A stretch of 64,000 nt of DNA from Mobula hypostoma (GCF_963921235.1 NC_086097.1:151654001-151718000); one strand, 5' to 3'. Positions 37,223 through 50,772 are shown, counted from the stretch's first letter. Translations and numbers: made by a program. The notes: generated by a model not told the origin, from the sequence alone.

Positions 37223-38951
37223 CACATCACCCAATGAAGCTTGCCTGTAATACCTCACCTTGTGGTATAAGCGCAGTCATGTCACATGCCAGGAGTAATG
37301 GAAATGAACGCACCATAACCTTCGTATTATGATCTCTTACCTCTGCAGAAAGAAGTTACCAACAGATTGATAGAGAGGCCTTGAGTCTGGTTTGGAGTGT
37401 AAAACATTACAACCAGTAATTCTATGGGAGAGAGTTTACCCCTGTTACTGATCATCAACCATGAGTGCCAATTTTCAATCCACAGAAGGGTGTTCCACTA
37501 ACAGCAGCAGCATGATTACAGAGATGGCCATTGTTTCTTGGAGGACAACATTACAAGATCAAATTCAAGATGATAACTTGTCATGGAAATGCTGATGGAT
37601 AGTTCCATTTACTCTTGGAAAAGGACGTACCTGAAAAGTTTACTAAAGAGGACACTCTTTTTGACATATTCTCTCTAACACAAATTGAACATCACCATTG
37701 TTACAGCAGCGATGATCCAAAGGGAAACCAGAAAAGACCCCCACACTGTTTTAGGTCTACATGAAACCTCAAAATGGCTGGAATGTGCAGCAGAAACTCC
37801 AGTTACCCCATTTTTTACCTGCACCAGGATGAATTTGCCCTTAATGGTGGTTGTCTTAGGTGGGGATTGAGAGTTGCTGTACCATCTAATCTGAGAGCTA
37901 GAGTGATGAAGGAGCTGCTGGTCATTTATGCATAGTCAAAATGATAGTTTTGGCTCAAGGAGTTTTCTGGTGGCCTGGGATGGATCAGCAGATCGAGCAG
38001 CTTGCCATGCACTGTTCAGGATGCCAACATGTCCAGAAGTTGCCCAGAGCTGCAACTCTCCAACCCTCGGAATAGCCTGCATTGCCCTGGCAACGGATTC
38101 ATGTGGGTTTTGCTGTATCATCCATGGGCACAAATTCTGGTAGCAGTGGATGATCTTACATAGTGGCCAGAAGTCTCCACTACAGACTTGCACACTGTTG
38201 ATGTGTTGAGAAGCCTCTTCTCAAGGACTGGTGTTCCAGAACACTTAGTTAGTGACAATGGTGCTCAGTTTGTCGTGGAACAGTTTCAGTCATTCTTGAA
38301 ACTGAATTTAATAAGACATATTAAATCTGCACCATACCATACTCTACATATGGCTTAGTGGAAAGGTTTGTCCAGAGTCTAAAGAATGCACTGTGAGCAA
38401 CATTCTCAGAACACACTACACTAACACTTTATCAGAAGCTCGCCAATTTCCTCCTTGTATATCGCAATGCAGCACATTCCACAACCACCAACTCAGCAGC
38501 TATGCTGTTCCTGGGTTGTCCCTTGCGCTCATGCCTGGATTGCCTCTATCCCAGTTGTCAGAAGGATTGTGCAGGACAGAGAGCTGAGACAATGTGAGGA
38601 CTCCTCAAAGAAGGAGGTTCGATGTTTCACTCCAGGGCAAGTAGTCCTGACAAGGGACTACAGAGGTGATCAAAAGGATTAAGAACAGAACTGCTCCACT
38701 CTTCCACAGTGAAGATTGCATTTGCAGTCATCTGGAGACAACATATTGATTAGTTAAGCAGAGCAGATTCAATTGTTAGAGAAGATTGTCGTCTAGAGCT
38801 GTCAGAACCGTTTCCTGCAGTCCCAGAGTCAACTCCTAGAACCAGACACAGATTTTAAGTTTGGCCTGCTTCCTACATTTTTTCTACTTGTTACAAATCG
38901 ATAGCCCTGCCTACAACAATTATCCGAGGCATGAATGCTACTAAGAGGCAA

Positions 38952-41705
38952 ACCATAAGATCATAAGACAAAAAGACACAGGAGCAGAATTAGGCCATTT
39001 AGCCCATCGAAACAGCTCCTCCATTTCACCATGGCTGATCCCGGATCCCATTCAACCCCATACACTTGCCTTCTCACCATATCCTTTGATGCCTGACCGA
39101 TCAGGAAACTATCAACTTCTGCCTTAAATGTACCCATGAATTTGGCCTTCATGGCAGTCTGTGGCAGAGCATTTCACTCTCTGGCTAAAAAAATTCCTCC
39201 TTATTTCTGTTCTAAAAGGTCCCCCTCAATTCTGAAGCTGAGCCTTTTAGTTCTGGATATCTCCACCATAGGAAACATCCTCTCCACACCCACCCTATCT
39301 AGTCCTTTCAACATTCAGTAGGTTTCAATGAGATTCCCCCACATTTTTCTAAATTCCAGAGAGTACAGGCCCAAAGTTGCCAAACACTCCTCATATGTTA
39401 ACCCCTTCATTCCCAGAATCATCCTTGTGAACCTCCTCTAGACACTTCCCAAGGACAACACATTATTTCTAAAGGGCCCAAAACTTCAAGTGTAGCCTGA
39501 CTAGTGCCTTATAAAGCATCTGAATCATCTCCTTGCTTTTATATTCTATTCCCTTTGAAATAAATGCCAACATTGCATTTGTCTTCTTTACCACAGACTC
39601 AACCTGTAAATTAACCTTCTGGAAGTCTTGCACGAGGACTCCTAAGTCCCTCTGCACCTCTGATGTTTGAAGCTTCTCCCCATTTAGATAATAGTCTGCA
39701 CTATTGTTCCTTTTACCAAAATGTATTATCATACATTTCCCAACACCGTATTCCATCTGCCAATTTTTTGCCCATTCTTCCAATGTGTCTAAGTCCTTTT
39801 GCAATTGCATTGCTTCCTCAGCACTACCTACCTGTCCACCTATCTTCATATCATCTGCAAACTTTGCCACAAAGTCATCAATTCCATTATCTAAATCACT
39901 GACAAACAATGCGAAAAGTAACAGTCATAATACTGACCCCTGAGGAACACCAGCCGAACAGAGAGGGTCCCCTTTATTCCCATTCACTTCCTCCTGCCTG
40001 TCAGCCATTCCTCTATCCATGCCAGTATCTTTCCTGTAATGCTATAGGATTTTATCCTGTTAAGCAATCTAATGTGTGGCACCTTATTAAGTGTCTTGTG
40101 AAATGCCAAGTAAATGACATCTACTGCCTCTCCTTTGTCCAACCTGCTTGTTATTTCTTCAAAGAACTCCAACAGATTTGTCAAGCAAGATTTCCCTTTA
40201 CAGAAACCATGTTGACTTTGACTTATTTTATCATTTCTCTCCAAGTACCCCAAAACCTCATCCTTAATAATAGACTCCCACACTTATCCAACCACTGAGG
40301 TTAGGCTGACTGACCTATAATTTCCTTCCTTTTGCCTTCCTCCCTTCTTAAAGAGTGGAGTGACATCTGCAATCTTCCAGTCCTCTGGGACCACGCCAGA
40401 ATCAAGTGATTCTTGAAAGATCATGACCAATGCACTCGTTATCTCTTCAGCAACATCTCTCAAGACTCTGGGATGAAGTCCATCTGGTCCAGCTGACTTA
40501 TCCACCTTAAGACCTTTGAGTTTACCTCGCATATTTTCTTTTGTAATAGCACTGGCACTCATTCCTGCTCCCTGACATTCACGGACCTCTGGCACACTGC
40601 TATTGTTTTCCACAGTGAAGACAGATGCAAAGTACCCGTTAAGTTCACGCGTCATTTCTTTGTCCCCTATTACTACCTCACCAGCATCATTTCATTTTCC
40701 AGTGGTCCAATATCAATTTTTGCCTACCATTTATTCTTTATCTAACTGAAAAAAACAGTTTGGTATACTACTTTATATTATTTGCTAGTTTTCCCTCCTA
40801 TGACCCCTTTTCCATTCTTATAGTTGCCTTTTGTTGTATTTTAAAAACTTCCCACTCACTTTTGCTACCTCATATGTCCTAACCTTGGCTTTTATGCAGT
40901 CCTTAACTTCCCTTGTCAGCCATGGTTGCCTGGCCCTGCCATTTGAAAACTTCTTCTTCTGTGGGATGTATCTATTCTGCACTTTGTGAACTAATCCCAG
41001 AAACTTCAGCCATCTCTGCTCTGCTGTCATTCCTGCCAGTATCCTCCTACAATCCATCTGGGCAAGCTCCTCTCTCATGCCTCTGTAATTCTCTTCATTC
41101 TATTGCAATACTGATACATCTGACTTATGCTTCTCCCTCTCAAATTGCGGTATGAATTCAGTCATATTATGATCACTGTCTCATAAGGATTCCTTTACTT
41201 TAAGCTCCCTAATAAGGTCTGGTTATTATGCAACCCCCAATCTAAGACAGCCTTTCCCCAAGTAGGCTCGATCACAAGCCGCTCTAAAAACTCATCTCAT
41301 ACGCACTCAACAAATTCCCTCTCCTGCAATCTGACACCAACCTGATTTTCCCAATTCCCTCGCATATTGAAGTCCCCTATTACAATTGTGTCATTACCCT
41401 TATTACATGCCTTTTCCAGCTCCCTTTGCAGTCTTAATCCCAAATCTTGGCTACTATTTGGAGGCCTACATATGATATCCATAATGTTTTTTTTTATCCT
41501 TGCAGTTTCTTAACTCCACCCATAAAGATTAAACATTCTCTGATCCTATGTCACGTCTTTCTAAAGATGCAATTTCATCTCTCACCACCAGAGCCACACC
41601 ACCACCTATGCTTTCCTGCCTGTTCTTTTGATACAAAATATATCCTTTGATATTAAGCTCCCATCTATGACATTCTTTCAGCCATGACTCAGTGATGCCC
41701 ACAAG
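38952..41705 (-). mobile_element. CR1 ORF2 (APE through 3' tail), frameshifted
   Basis: [61 protein letters not shown]. ataagatcataag tail. Confidence 0.95.
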
Positions 41706-42184
41706 CCTAGACCCATTCTTTACCTTCCAACCTTATTTATATATATACTGCTGTCGGCCAGACAAATTTGCCAATTTTTTTCCCAAATAGGCACTGGCAG
41801 TTTCCAAAATCACTACTTTCCTGATTTATATTTGTTTAGTAGATTGCACTAGTGTGCACAATTGCTTTAGAAATAACTATTCACTTCGTCATTTGTTGCT
41901 GTACCCTAGAAGGTGTCAATGTCCTTGCAAGGAAGCATTTAATGCTACAGATACCAAGAGTAAGGAAAGCTTAAAATGTTGTCAGGCCCATGAACGATCC
42001 TGTAATATGTTGCATTATTTAGTGTCTGCCAATATTAACATTCCAATTCTTCATATCTGTCACAAAACTTGTTTTCATGTGCACAAGACATTATCTGCTC
42101 GGATTAAAAAAGAAACATGAACTCTGAGTTTAAAATGATATCTTCATCTGTTGCTTATTTAACATTTACCAGATGTTATACAAC

Positions 42185-44200
42185 AAATGGCTTGGTGATA
42201 GGAGACAGAGGGTAGTACTGAAGGACTGTTTATCTGAATGGAAAAGTGTGACCAGTTGAGAACCATTGGGGCTAATGTTATGATATATACTGCCTTTCAA
42301 ATGTGTTCACCACCCCCCTTGGAAGTTTTCATGTTTTATTGCTTTACAACACTGAATCACAGTGGATTTAATTTGGATTTTTTGACACTGATCAACATGA
42401 AAAAAACCTCTTTTGTGTGAACGTGCAAACAGAGCTCTACAAAGTGATTTAAATTAATTATAATTATTAAACACATAATAATTGATTGCCTAAGTATTCA
42501 TCCCCTGCAAGTCAGTATTTAGCAGATGCACCCTTAGCAGCATTATAGCCTTGAGTCTGTGTGGATAGGTCTCTATCAGCTTTGCACATCTGGATACTGC
42601 AATCTTTCCCCATTCTTTAAAAAAAACTGCTCAAGCTCTGTCAGATTGCATGGGGATCATGAGTGAACAGCTCTTTACAAGTCCAGCCACAAGTTCTCAA
42701 TTGGATTGAGGTCTGGACTCTGACTCGGCCAGGACATTAACTTCATTGTTTTTAAGCCATTCATGTATCGCTTTGGTTTTATGCTTGGGCTCATTGTTTT
42801 GCTGGAAAACAAATCTCCCAAGTCACAGTTTTCTAGCAGACTGTAACAGGTTTTGCTCCAGGATTTCCTGGTATTTTGCTGCATTCATTTTACCGTCTAC
42901 CTTCACAAGCCTTCCAGGGCCTGCTGCAGTGAAGTATCCCTACAGCATGATGCAGCCACCACCATGCTTCACAGTAAGGGTGGTGTGTTTTTGATGTTGA
43001 ACGGTGTTTGGCTTACACCAAACATAGTGCTTAGCCTAATGGTGAAAAAGCTCAGTTTTGGTTTCATCAGACCATAGAACCCTCTTCCAGCTGACTTCGG
43101 TGTCTCCCGCATGTCTTCTGGCAAACTCCAACAGAAATTTCATGTGAGTTTTTTTCAACAGTGGCTTTCTTTTTGCCACTCTCCCATAAGCTGTGACAGG
43201 TGTATGCGCAGTCTCTCCCATCTCAGCCACTGAGGCTTGTAACTCCTCCAGAGTTGTCATAGGTCTCTTGGTGGCCTCCCCCATTAGTCCCCTTCTTGCA
43301 TGGTCTCTCAGTTTTTGAGGATGGCCTGCTCTAGGCAGATTTAGAGCTGTGCCATATTCTTTCCATTCCTTGACGATTGACTTAACTGTACTCTAAGGGA
43401 TATTTATTGACTTGGAAATTTTCTTGTATTCATCTCCTGACTTGTGCTTTTGAATAACCTTTTCACAGAGGGAGTGCTCTTTTGTCTTCATGGTGTAGCT
43501 TTTGCCAAGATACTGATTCACCAGCATATGGACCTTCCAGATATAAGTGTTTTGTTTCTCTCATCAATTGAAACAGCTTAACTATACATGATAATCTCCG
43601 TTTAACTAATTATGTGACTTCTAAAAACAATTGGCTGCACCAGTGTTGATTTAGTGTGTCATATTAAAAGTGGTGAATACTTATACAGTCAATTATTTTG
43701 TGTTTTATATTTGTAGTTAATTTAGATCACTTTATACAGGTCTGTTTTCACTTTGATATGAATGAGCCTTTTTCTGCTGATCAATATCAAAAAACCAAAT
43801 TAATTTCACTGTGATATTCAATGTTGTAAAACAATAAAACATGAAAACTTCCAAAGGGAGGATGAATACTTTTTATAAGCACTGTATATCAGAGATCATA
43901 CCATATATCATATGATATATATATATTTGTTTGTTGCTGACATGAATATTAGTGGAATTTTAGAGAGGGAGGCTGGTTATCTAAGGATACAGAGGGACGT
44001 AGGTAAGCTAGAACGTTGGATGGAGTCATGGCAGATGAAATAGAATCGAGATCAAATTGAGATTCTGCATGCTAGTTACCTAACACTGGTCAGATATGTA
44101 CAGTAAATGTCAGGGATCTTAGAAGTGTTGATGTGTCCTGGGCTGCAAGTTTGTGGCTGGCTGAAAATGGTGAACAGATGGATAAGGTCATTAAGAAGAC
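42185..44200 (+). mobile_element. Old CR1 RT fragment split by Tc1
   Basis: WLGDRRQRVVL...WKSVTS before 42286, and IQRDV.KLE.W..SWQM after 43886. Confidence 0.7.
42288..43884 (-). mobile_element. Tc1-family (IR/DR type) DNA transposon, full length, defective transposase
   Basis: TIRs of about 220 bp and TA flanks. ATG 43491 MKTKEHS..., [52 protein letters not shown]. Confidence 0.95.
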
Positions 44201-44210
44201 ATTTAGATAC

Positions 44211-45052
44211 GGTTCAAAGTTCAAATTAAATTTATTATCAAAGTACTTATATGCTACAATATACAACCCTGGGATTCATTTTCACAGTAAATCCAGGAAA
44301 ATCAATAGAGTCAATGAAAGATTGCATCCAACTGGGTAGACAATTAACATGCAAAGGACACCAAATTGCAAGTAGAAAAAAAACTAAACAAATAAGCAAT
44401 AAATATCGAGAACATGAGATGAAAGTGAGTCCATAGGTTCTGGGAACATTTCAGTGATGGGGCGAGTGAAGTTATCTCTTCTGGTTCAAAAGCCTGATGA
44501 TGAGGGTTAATAACTGTTCCTGAACCTGGTGGAGTGGGGCCTGAGGCTCCTGTACCTTCTTCCTGATGGTAGCAGCAAGAAGAGAGCTTGGGTCGTGGGT
44601 GTCCTTGATGATGGATGCAGCATTCCTGCGACAGCGCTCCATATGGATAGCGCTCAATGATGTGGAGGGCTTTACCCATGATGGACTGGGCCATATCCAC
44701 TGCATTTTGTAGGACTTTCTGTTCAAGGGCTTGGTGTTACCATACCAGGCCATGATGCAACTATGTAATATACTGTCCAGCAAACATCTATAAAAGTTTG
44801 TCAAAATTTTAGATGTCATACCGAATCTTCCCAAGCTAATGAAGTAGAGATGCTGTTGTACTTCCTTTGTAATGACACTTACTTGCTGGACGCAATACAG
44901 TTCCTCTGAAATGGTAACACAGAAGAACTAAAAGTTGCAGACCTTCCTCACCTCTGGTCCCCAATGAAGACTGGCTCATGGACCTCTGGTTTACTCCTCC
45001 TGAACTCAGTTAGTTCCTTGATCTCGCTGACATTGAATGAGAAGTTGTTGTT
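44211..45052 (-). mobile_element. Rex1/Babar 3' portion
   Basis: ORF 44472-44834 RFGMTSKILTNFYRC..DSIL.SCIMAWYGN. ttcaaagttcaaa tail. Confidence 0.88.
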
Positions 45053-45261
45053 TTAGAGAGTCACAGTCTTTTTCCAAGTGAAGGGGAGTCTAAAACTTTA
45101 GCAGATAGGTTAAAGTTGAAGGGAGATATAAAAGAGATCTGAGGACAAGTTGCTCATACAGTGGGTTCTAGCCATTCTGTAGGAGGAAAAAAGAATATTA
45201 CACATGAAGTTCCTACAGAATGGCTACAGGTGAAGGAAATCAATTGGGGGCTAAAAAGGAC

Positions 45262-45740
45262 TGATGGAAAAACAACGATACCGCCTGTCTTCCCTATATT
45301 TCCACAGTTTTTAAAAAGATTACCAAGATCCTGAAGAAATACCAGATTAATACCACCCACAAACCCATAAGAAAAGCTCAAATCACAGCTTATGTGGATC
45401 AAAGATGACCTGGGACTCAGGACGGCTGGAGCTGTGTATCAGCCGGACGGGACACATGGTGGAAACCCGCATCAAGGAGCACAGGAGGTGTATCCATTCA
45501 GGATATCCAGAGAAATCAGTGGAAACAAAACATTGCATTCGCAATAACCATCGGATTGATTTCGACAGCACAAAACTACTACGCTGCACCAATAGCTTTT
45601 GGGACCACCTGGTGAAGGAAGCCATAGAAATAAAGTTAGTGGAAAAAGATTTTAACAAAGACGAAGGTCTCGCTCTGAGTAAGAACTGAAATTTGATGGT
45701 AAGTAAGGTGGGACAGTGGAAACCTGATTTGCTGGAAGAT
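45262..45740 (+). mobile_element. Penelope-like element (Poseidon-type) thumb and GIY-YIG endonuclease region, decayed
   Basis: ACLPYIS...KILKKYQI...KPIRKLKSQL...RTGHMVETRIKEHRRCI...HRIDFD...VKEAIEIK...FNKDEGLALS. Confidence 0.85.
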
Positions 45741-45754
45741 GTTAGTCTGTTTTG

Positions 45755-45885
45755 CAGCATCTGTGGAACAAGAAGCTAGTTACTGTTTCAGTTCAGAGGA
45801 AGGTTCCCTGACCTGAAGTGTTGACTTGCTTTCCTCTCCACAGAAGTTCTGTTCAGTGCTTTTGTGTTTTTTTTTGGCAGATACT
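45755..45885. mobile_element. Decayed PLE fold-back terminal repeat
   Basis: ctgtgga...ttcagttcag and ctgacctgaa...tccacag form imperfect inverted arms. Confidence 0.55.
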
Positions 45886-46724
45886 ATTTGCCTGTTACTC
45901 ACCGAAACAAACGACCCTATGCTGTGTTCCTGCACTTCAGGTCACTTAAAAATGCGTCTGATTAGAGTAGAAATAATGTGCTTCCATGTGTTGAGGGACT
46001 GGAAGAGATAAAACAGAGATTTGGATAGTAGCATTAGAAGAATACGAACATGGACTTGATGATGGACCATGGACTTGAAATGCTAACTCTGCCTTTATTC
46101 ACCATGAGTGCTATCTGACCCACTGAGTAGTTCCTGCATTTCCTGTTTATTTTTTTCACAGCTATCCTGTGTTATATTTTTGTATTTGGTGACAGGAGTT
46201 TGGAGCCTGCGTTTTGGAAAGAAAAAAAATTCTCAAATTAATTTTCTGTTATACAGTATTGTTTTCTGCTGCCTTCTTGATGTAGAGGTGGTGATTTTGT
46301 GGATGCTATCAGAGTGGCCTGTGGCACATTTTGTACTCACTGCTGCCACTGTGGACTGGTGGTAAATGAAGTACGTGCTCAGTGCAGTTGATAGCAATCA
46401 ATTAGATTGTCTGAAAAGGTGTTGAGCTTATTGTACGTTGTTACAGCAACATCCGTGCAGGCTTTGATTCCAGCTTTTGGTTTGGAGGTGGTGGAACTTA
46501 TTGCAGTTTACTTCATCCCTGACCTATTCTTGTGGTTTATGTAGCTGGATCATTTCGACTTCTGGTCAATGTCAACCCGCAGGATGTCAATAATGGAGAG
46601 CTCGGTGACGGTAATGCCATTGAATGTTAAGGTTGAATTCTTTCATGTTAGGGATGGTCATTTCCTGCATTTTAATGGCGCAATCATTACTTGCCACTTA
46701 TCTGCTCTCCCCAAAATGTTAGCA

Positions 46725-47150
46725 TGAGAGTCTGCAGATGCTGAAATCTGGAGCAATGGAGTATGCGTTGGAGGAAGTCAATGAGGAAAATTGACAGTTA
46801 ATGTTTTGGGTGGAGACGCTTCATCTGGACTGAAAGATAGATGGAACGTAGCCAGTGTGAAAAGGTGTAGAGCAGGAGAGAGCAAGAGGCAGCAGGTAAC
46901 AGCTGGATCTAGGTGAGGAGGAGTGACAGGCGGACGCGAGAGAGGAAAGTGGAAATAGTGCTAGAAGCTGACTAGTGATAGGTGGAAGTTACAAAGGATT
47001 GAAGAAGATGGAATCTGATAGGAGAGGAATTCGGAGTATACATTCAAGGTAGGGAGGTGTGGAGGACAACTGGGAAATTGTGGAGGTGAACCAGTGGGAG
47101 AAGTGTGTGGGTTCAAGTCATGTGGAGTGCATGGAACAAGGGAAAGAAAC
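46725..47150 (-). mobile_element. Penelope-like 3' terminal repeat, decayed
   Basis: ctgcagatgctg...; minus strand cagtccagatgaagcgtctccacccaaaacattaactg is a hammerhead remnant, followed by purine-rich DNA as at 63150-63340. Confidence 0.65.
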
Positions 47151-47189
47151 CTAAGTGTTATCTATATATAGGCATAGATGTGTAGGTGC

Positions 47190-47800
47190 ATCAAGTGATT
47201 AAGAGGACAATCATGTTTTACCTTTTGCAATGAGAACACTTGAATATGGACCGTGGAAGTCTTGCTGCAATTAGAAAGGCCTTGGTGAGAGTGTACCCAA
47301 AGTATTGTATTCAGTTTTGGTCTCCTTACCTAAGAACGGGTGTATTTGCTCTGGAGGCAGTGCAGTAATGATTTGCATGAACAGTTCCAGTGATGGCAGG
47401 TTTGCTGTTGAGGAGAGATTGAGCAATCCGACTCCATATTTGCATTGGACCTTACAGAATTCATGCACAACTGAAAGGGTGGATGTGGAGAGGATGTTTC
47501 CACTAAGTGAGGAGTCTATAACAAGGGGTCACAGCTTCAGAACAAGGGATTGGCTTTTGGAAAAAAGATGAGGAAGAACTTCTTTATTCTGACAGTAGAG
47601 CTGTAAGGGTTTAGTCATTAAATTCATCCTAAGCAAAGCAACAGGCATCCCTATATAAAGTAAAAAGGGGATGTGGGAAAGGGAAAAGGGAAATGCAGGA
47701 AAGTATAACTGAGATAGAAGAACATCTATAACTTTGATGAATAACAGAGCAGGGGCTCCTCCGATTGCTCCTACTGCTCCTACTGCTATTTCTTGTTTTT
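47190..47800 (+). mobile_element. Old CR1 3' portion
   Basis: KALVR...YCIQFWSPYL and RVDVERMFP...TRGHSFR. Confidence 0.8.
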
Positions 47801-48286
47801 ATGACTGCTTAATTTGCTGTGGAGACATGAATGTAATTTAAAAATCAATTGGAGCCCAATTATCAGTGAACATCGACCTTTCTGACCTTCTAAAGGAAGG
47901 AAGTTCTGTGATAACGCAGCTGAAGATGACTGGGCTTCAGGCTAATGCAACACTGCAACAATACCTTGGAGGTGGGTGTTTGATTCCCACAAAAGTGATT
48001 AAAATGAGAAATGAAAATTGGTAATGATGCCTCAGTAATGCACACATGAATATTGTAGAATAGAATTGATGAATAGAGTCTCAGGGAAAAGGGAGATCGG
48101 AGTTTAATGTTAGCTTTGAGAAAGATGTTTGGAGGTAAGGTTGGAGAAAGGCGGTGGGTGGAAGAATGAGGCTCACTGGTGATAGAGCACCAGAAATGGG
48201 ATAGTGAGAGGAAAAGCAGGACAGAACTGTGGACATGGGCTCAGGAGGTGGGGAAATGGGAAAATGACATAGGTCCCTAGACATGA

Positions 48287-48378
48287 GTACGCCTGCAGGT
48301 GTTGGAAATCCAAAGCAACACATATAAAATGCTGGGGGATTCATGTTTTGGGCCAAGACCCTTCTTCAGGACTAAAGG
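48287..48378 (-). mobile_element. Short PLE terminal fragment with hammerhead remnant
   Basis: Minus strand agtcctgaagaagggtcttggcccaaaacatg, in which GAAA has decayed to AAAA. Confidence 0.7.
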
Positions 48379-48562
48379 CATCTGGACACTGGACTGGGAG
48401 CAATTAGATGAAAGGAAGGAATGCTTTCTCATACTAGCATTTTTTAGAATTTAATGAAGTGTTTTATCAAAGGATTTTGGTAACAGTTAAATTGCGAATT
48501 CTGGTAGGTTATTAATTGTTATAGTTATTGTGAATCTTATATTCATTTGTATCAGTTACATG

Positions 48563-49980
48563 GAGAGAGAAACCGGGGAATTATAGGCCGGTTAGCCTAA
48601 CGTCGGTGGTGGGGAAACTGCTGGAGTCAGTTATCAAGGATGTGATAACAGCACATTTGGAAAGCGGTGAAATGATCGGACAAAGTCAGCATGGATTTGT
48701 GAAAGGAAAATCATGTCTGACGAATCTCATAGAATTTTTTGAGGATGTAACTAGTAGAGTGGATAGGGGAGAACCAGTGGATGTGGTATATTTGGATTTT
48801 CAAAAGGCTTTTGACAAGGTCCCACACAGGAGATTAGTGTGCAAACTTAAAGCACACGGTATTGGGGGTAAGGTATTGGTGTGGGTGGAGAATTGGTTAG
48901 CAGACAGGAAGCAAAGAGTGGGAATAAACGGGACCTTTTCAGAATGGCAGGCGGTGACCAGTGGGGTACCGCAAGGCTCAGTGCTGGGACCCCAGTTGTT
49001 TACAATATATATTAATGACTTGGATGGGGGTGCAGCATCTCCAAGTTTGCGGATGACACAAAGCTGGGTGGCAGTGTTAGCAGTGAGGAGGATGCTAAGA
49101 GGATGCAGGGTGACTTGGATAGGTTGGGTGAGTGGGCAAACTCATGGCAGATGCAATTTAATGTGGATAAATGTGAAGTTATCCACTTTGGTGGCAAAAA
49201 TAGGAAAACAGATTATTATCTGAATGGTGGCCGATTAGGAAAAGGGGAGGTGCAACGAGACCTGGGTGTCATTATACACCAGTCATTGAAAGTGGGCATG
49301 CAGGTACAGCAGGCGGTGAAAAAGGTGAACGGTATGCTGGCATTTATAGCGAGAGGATTCGAGTACAGGAGCAGGGAGGTACTACTGCAGTTGTACAAGG
49401 CCTTGGTGAGACCACACCTGGAGTATTGTGTGCAGTTTTGGTCCCCTAATCTGAGGAAAGACATCTTTGCCATAGAGGGAGTACAAAGAAGGTTCACCAG
49501 ATTGATTCCTGGGATGGCAGGTCTTTCATATGAAGAAAGACTGGATGAACTGGGCTTGTACTCGTTGGAATTTAGAAGATTGAGGGGGGATCTGATTGAA
49601 ACGTATAAGATCCTAAAGGGATTGGACAGGCTAGATGCGGGAAGATTGTTCCCGATGTTGGGGAGGTCTAGAACGAGGGGTCACAGTTTGAGGATAGAGG
49701 GGAAGCCTTTTAGGACCGAGGTTAGGAAAAACTTCTTCACACAGAGAGTGGTGAATCTGTGGAATTCTCTGCCACAGCAAACTGTTGAGGCCAGTTCATT
49801 AGCTATGTTTAAAAGGAAGTTAGATATGGCCCTTGTGGCTACAGGGGTCAGGGGGTATGGAGGGAAGGCTGGGTTCTGAGTTGGATGATCAGCCATGATC
49901 ATAATAAATGGCGGTGCAGGCTCGAAGGGCCGAATGGCCTACTCCTGCACCTATTTTCTATGTTTCTATGTTTCTATGTT
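48563..49980 (+). mobile_element. Young CR1, 5'-truncated (RT to tail)
   Basis: ORFs 48606-49223 and 49103-49879 with one frameshift near 49025, KFADD motif, (tttctatg)n tail. Confidence 0.97.
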
Positions 49981-50299
49981 GAATACCTGACACTGAGGAT
50001 TATGCTGTGAGATGTTTGGCGCTTCGGACAGCTCATCATGATGTTGCATTAACCCTTTGTGCTTTATTGTTGACTTAAAGCATAATGCATTTCAAAACCA
50101 GTGCCTGAGCCATGGGCATGCTCAAGCTGGCTGGTTGTGCCATCCTGTCAACATTATTTCAATAATGGCTCAGAAATCCAGTTGGATCTAATGCCAACAC
50201 TGGGACTATGTTGGGCGCTGTCCTCAATTGCTGATACTCAAGAGTGTGTGTATCAGGTAGTAGAACATAACACAAGCAAATGCGTTCAATAGAATATCC

Positions 50300-50772
50300 A
50301 TAGAACCATACAAAATTATGAAAGGGATAGATAAGGCAGAGGTAGGAAGGTAGTTTACACTGGTAAGTGAGACTAGAACTATGGTATATAGCCTCAAGAT
50401 TCAGTAGGGTAGATTTAGGGTGGAGATGGAGAGAAACTGTCTTTCCTAGAGAAAAGTGAATATGTAGAATTCGCTGCCCAGGGAAACAGTGGAGTAGGGG
50501 TTACCAACCTCTTTTATGCCTTGAACCAATAACATTAATCAAGGAGTCTGTGAACCCCAGGTTGGAAACTCCTTGAGTAGAGGTTAGCTTATTAAATATA
50601 CTTAGCGCACAGTTGGATAGATTTTTACATAGTTGAGGAATTAAGTATTATGGGGATGTCAGGTAAGTGGAAATGAGTCTACAGCTAGATCAGCCATGAT
50701 CTTATTGAACGGTGGAGTAGGCTTGATTGACCAGATGATCTATTGTCCTATTTCTCATGTTCTTATGTTCTT
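50300..50772 (+). mobile_element. CR1 3' end containing a MITE
   Basis: ETRT..YSLKI...NSLPRETVE motif and gttcttatgttctt tail. Confidence 0.85.
50495..50574. mobile_element. 80-bp hAT/Charlie-like MITE
   Basis: TIRs taggggttaccaacct / aggttggaaactcctt. 8-bp flanks cagtggag and gagtagag match at 6/8. Confidence 0.75.

Larger units (their letters stand above)
35915..38850 (+). mobile_element. Ty3/Gypsy (Mag-like) pol: RT, RNase H and integrase, decayed
   Basis: WATPVV..KKNGSVRICG, TINTHKGLY.YNRL.FGVASAPA, REAL..VW, TDHQP, GVPEHLVSDNGAQF, SAPYH, ERFVQSLK. Interrupted by a SINE and a PLE fragment. Confidence 0.92.
46290..48000 (-). mobile_element. Old LINE family B RT region, interrupted by a PLE fragment and a CR1
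   Basis: Minus translations ADKWQV.IAPLKC...TFNGITV...IL.VDIDQK at about 46560-46705 and PVIFSC.ITELPS..RSE.SMFTDN at about 47860-47935. Confidence 0.6.
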
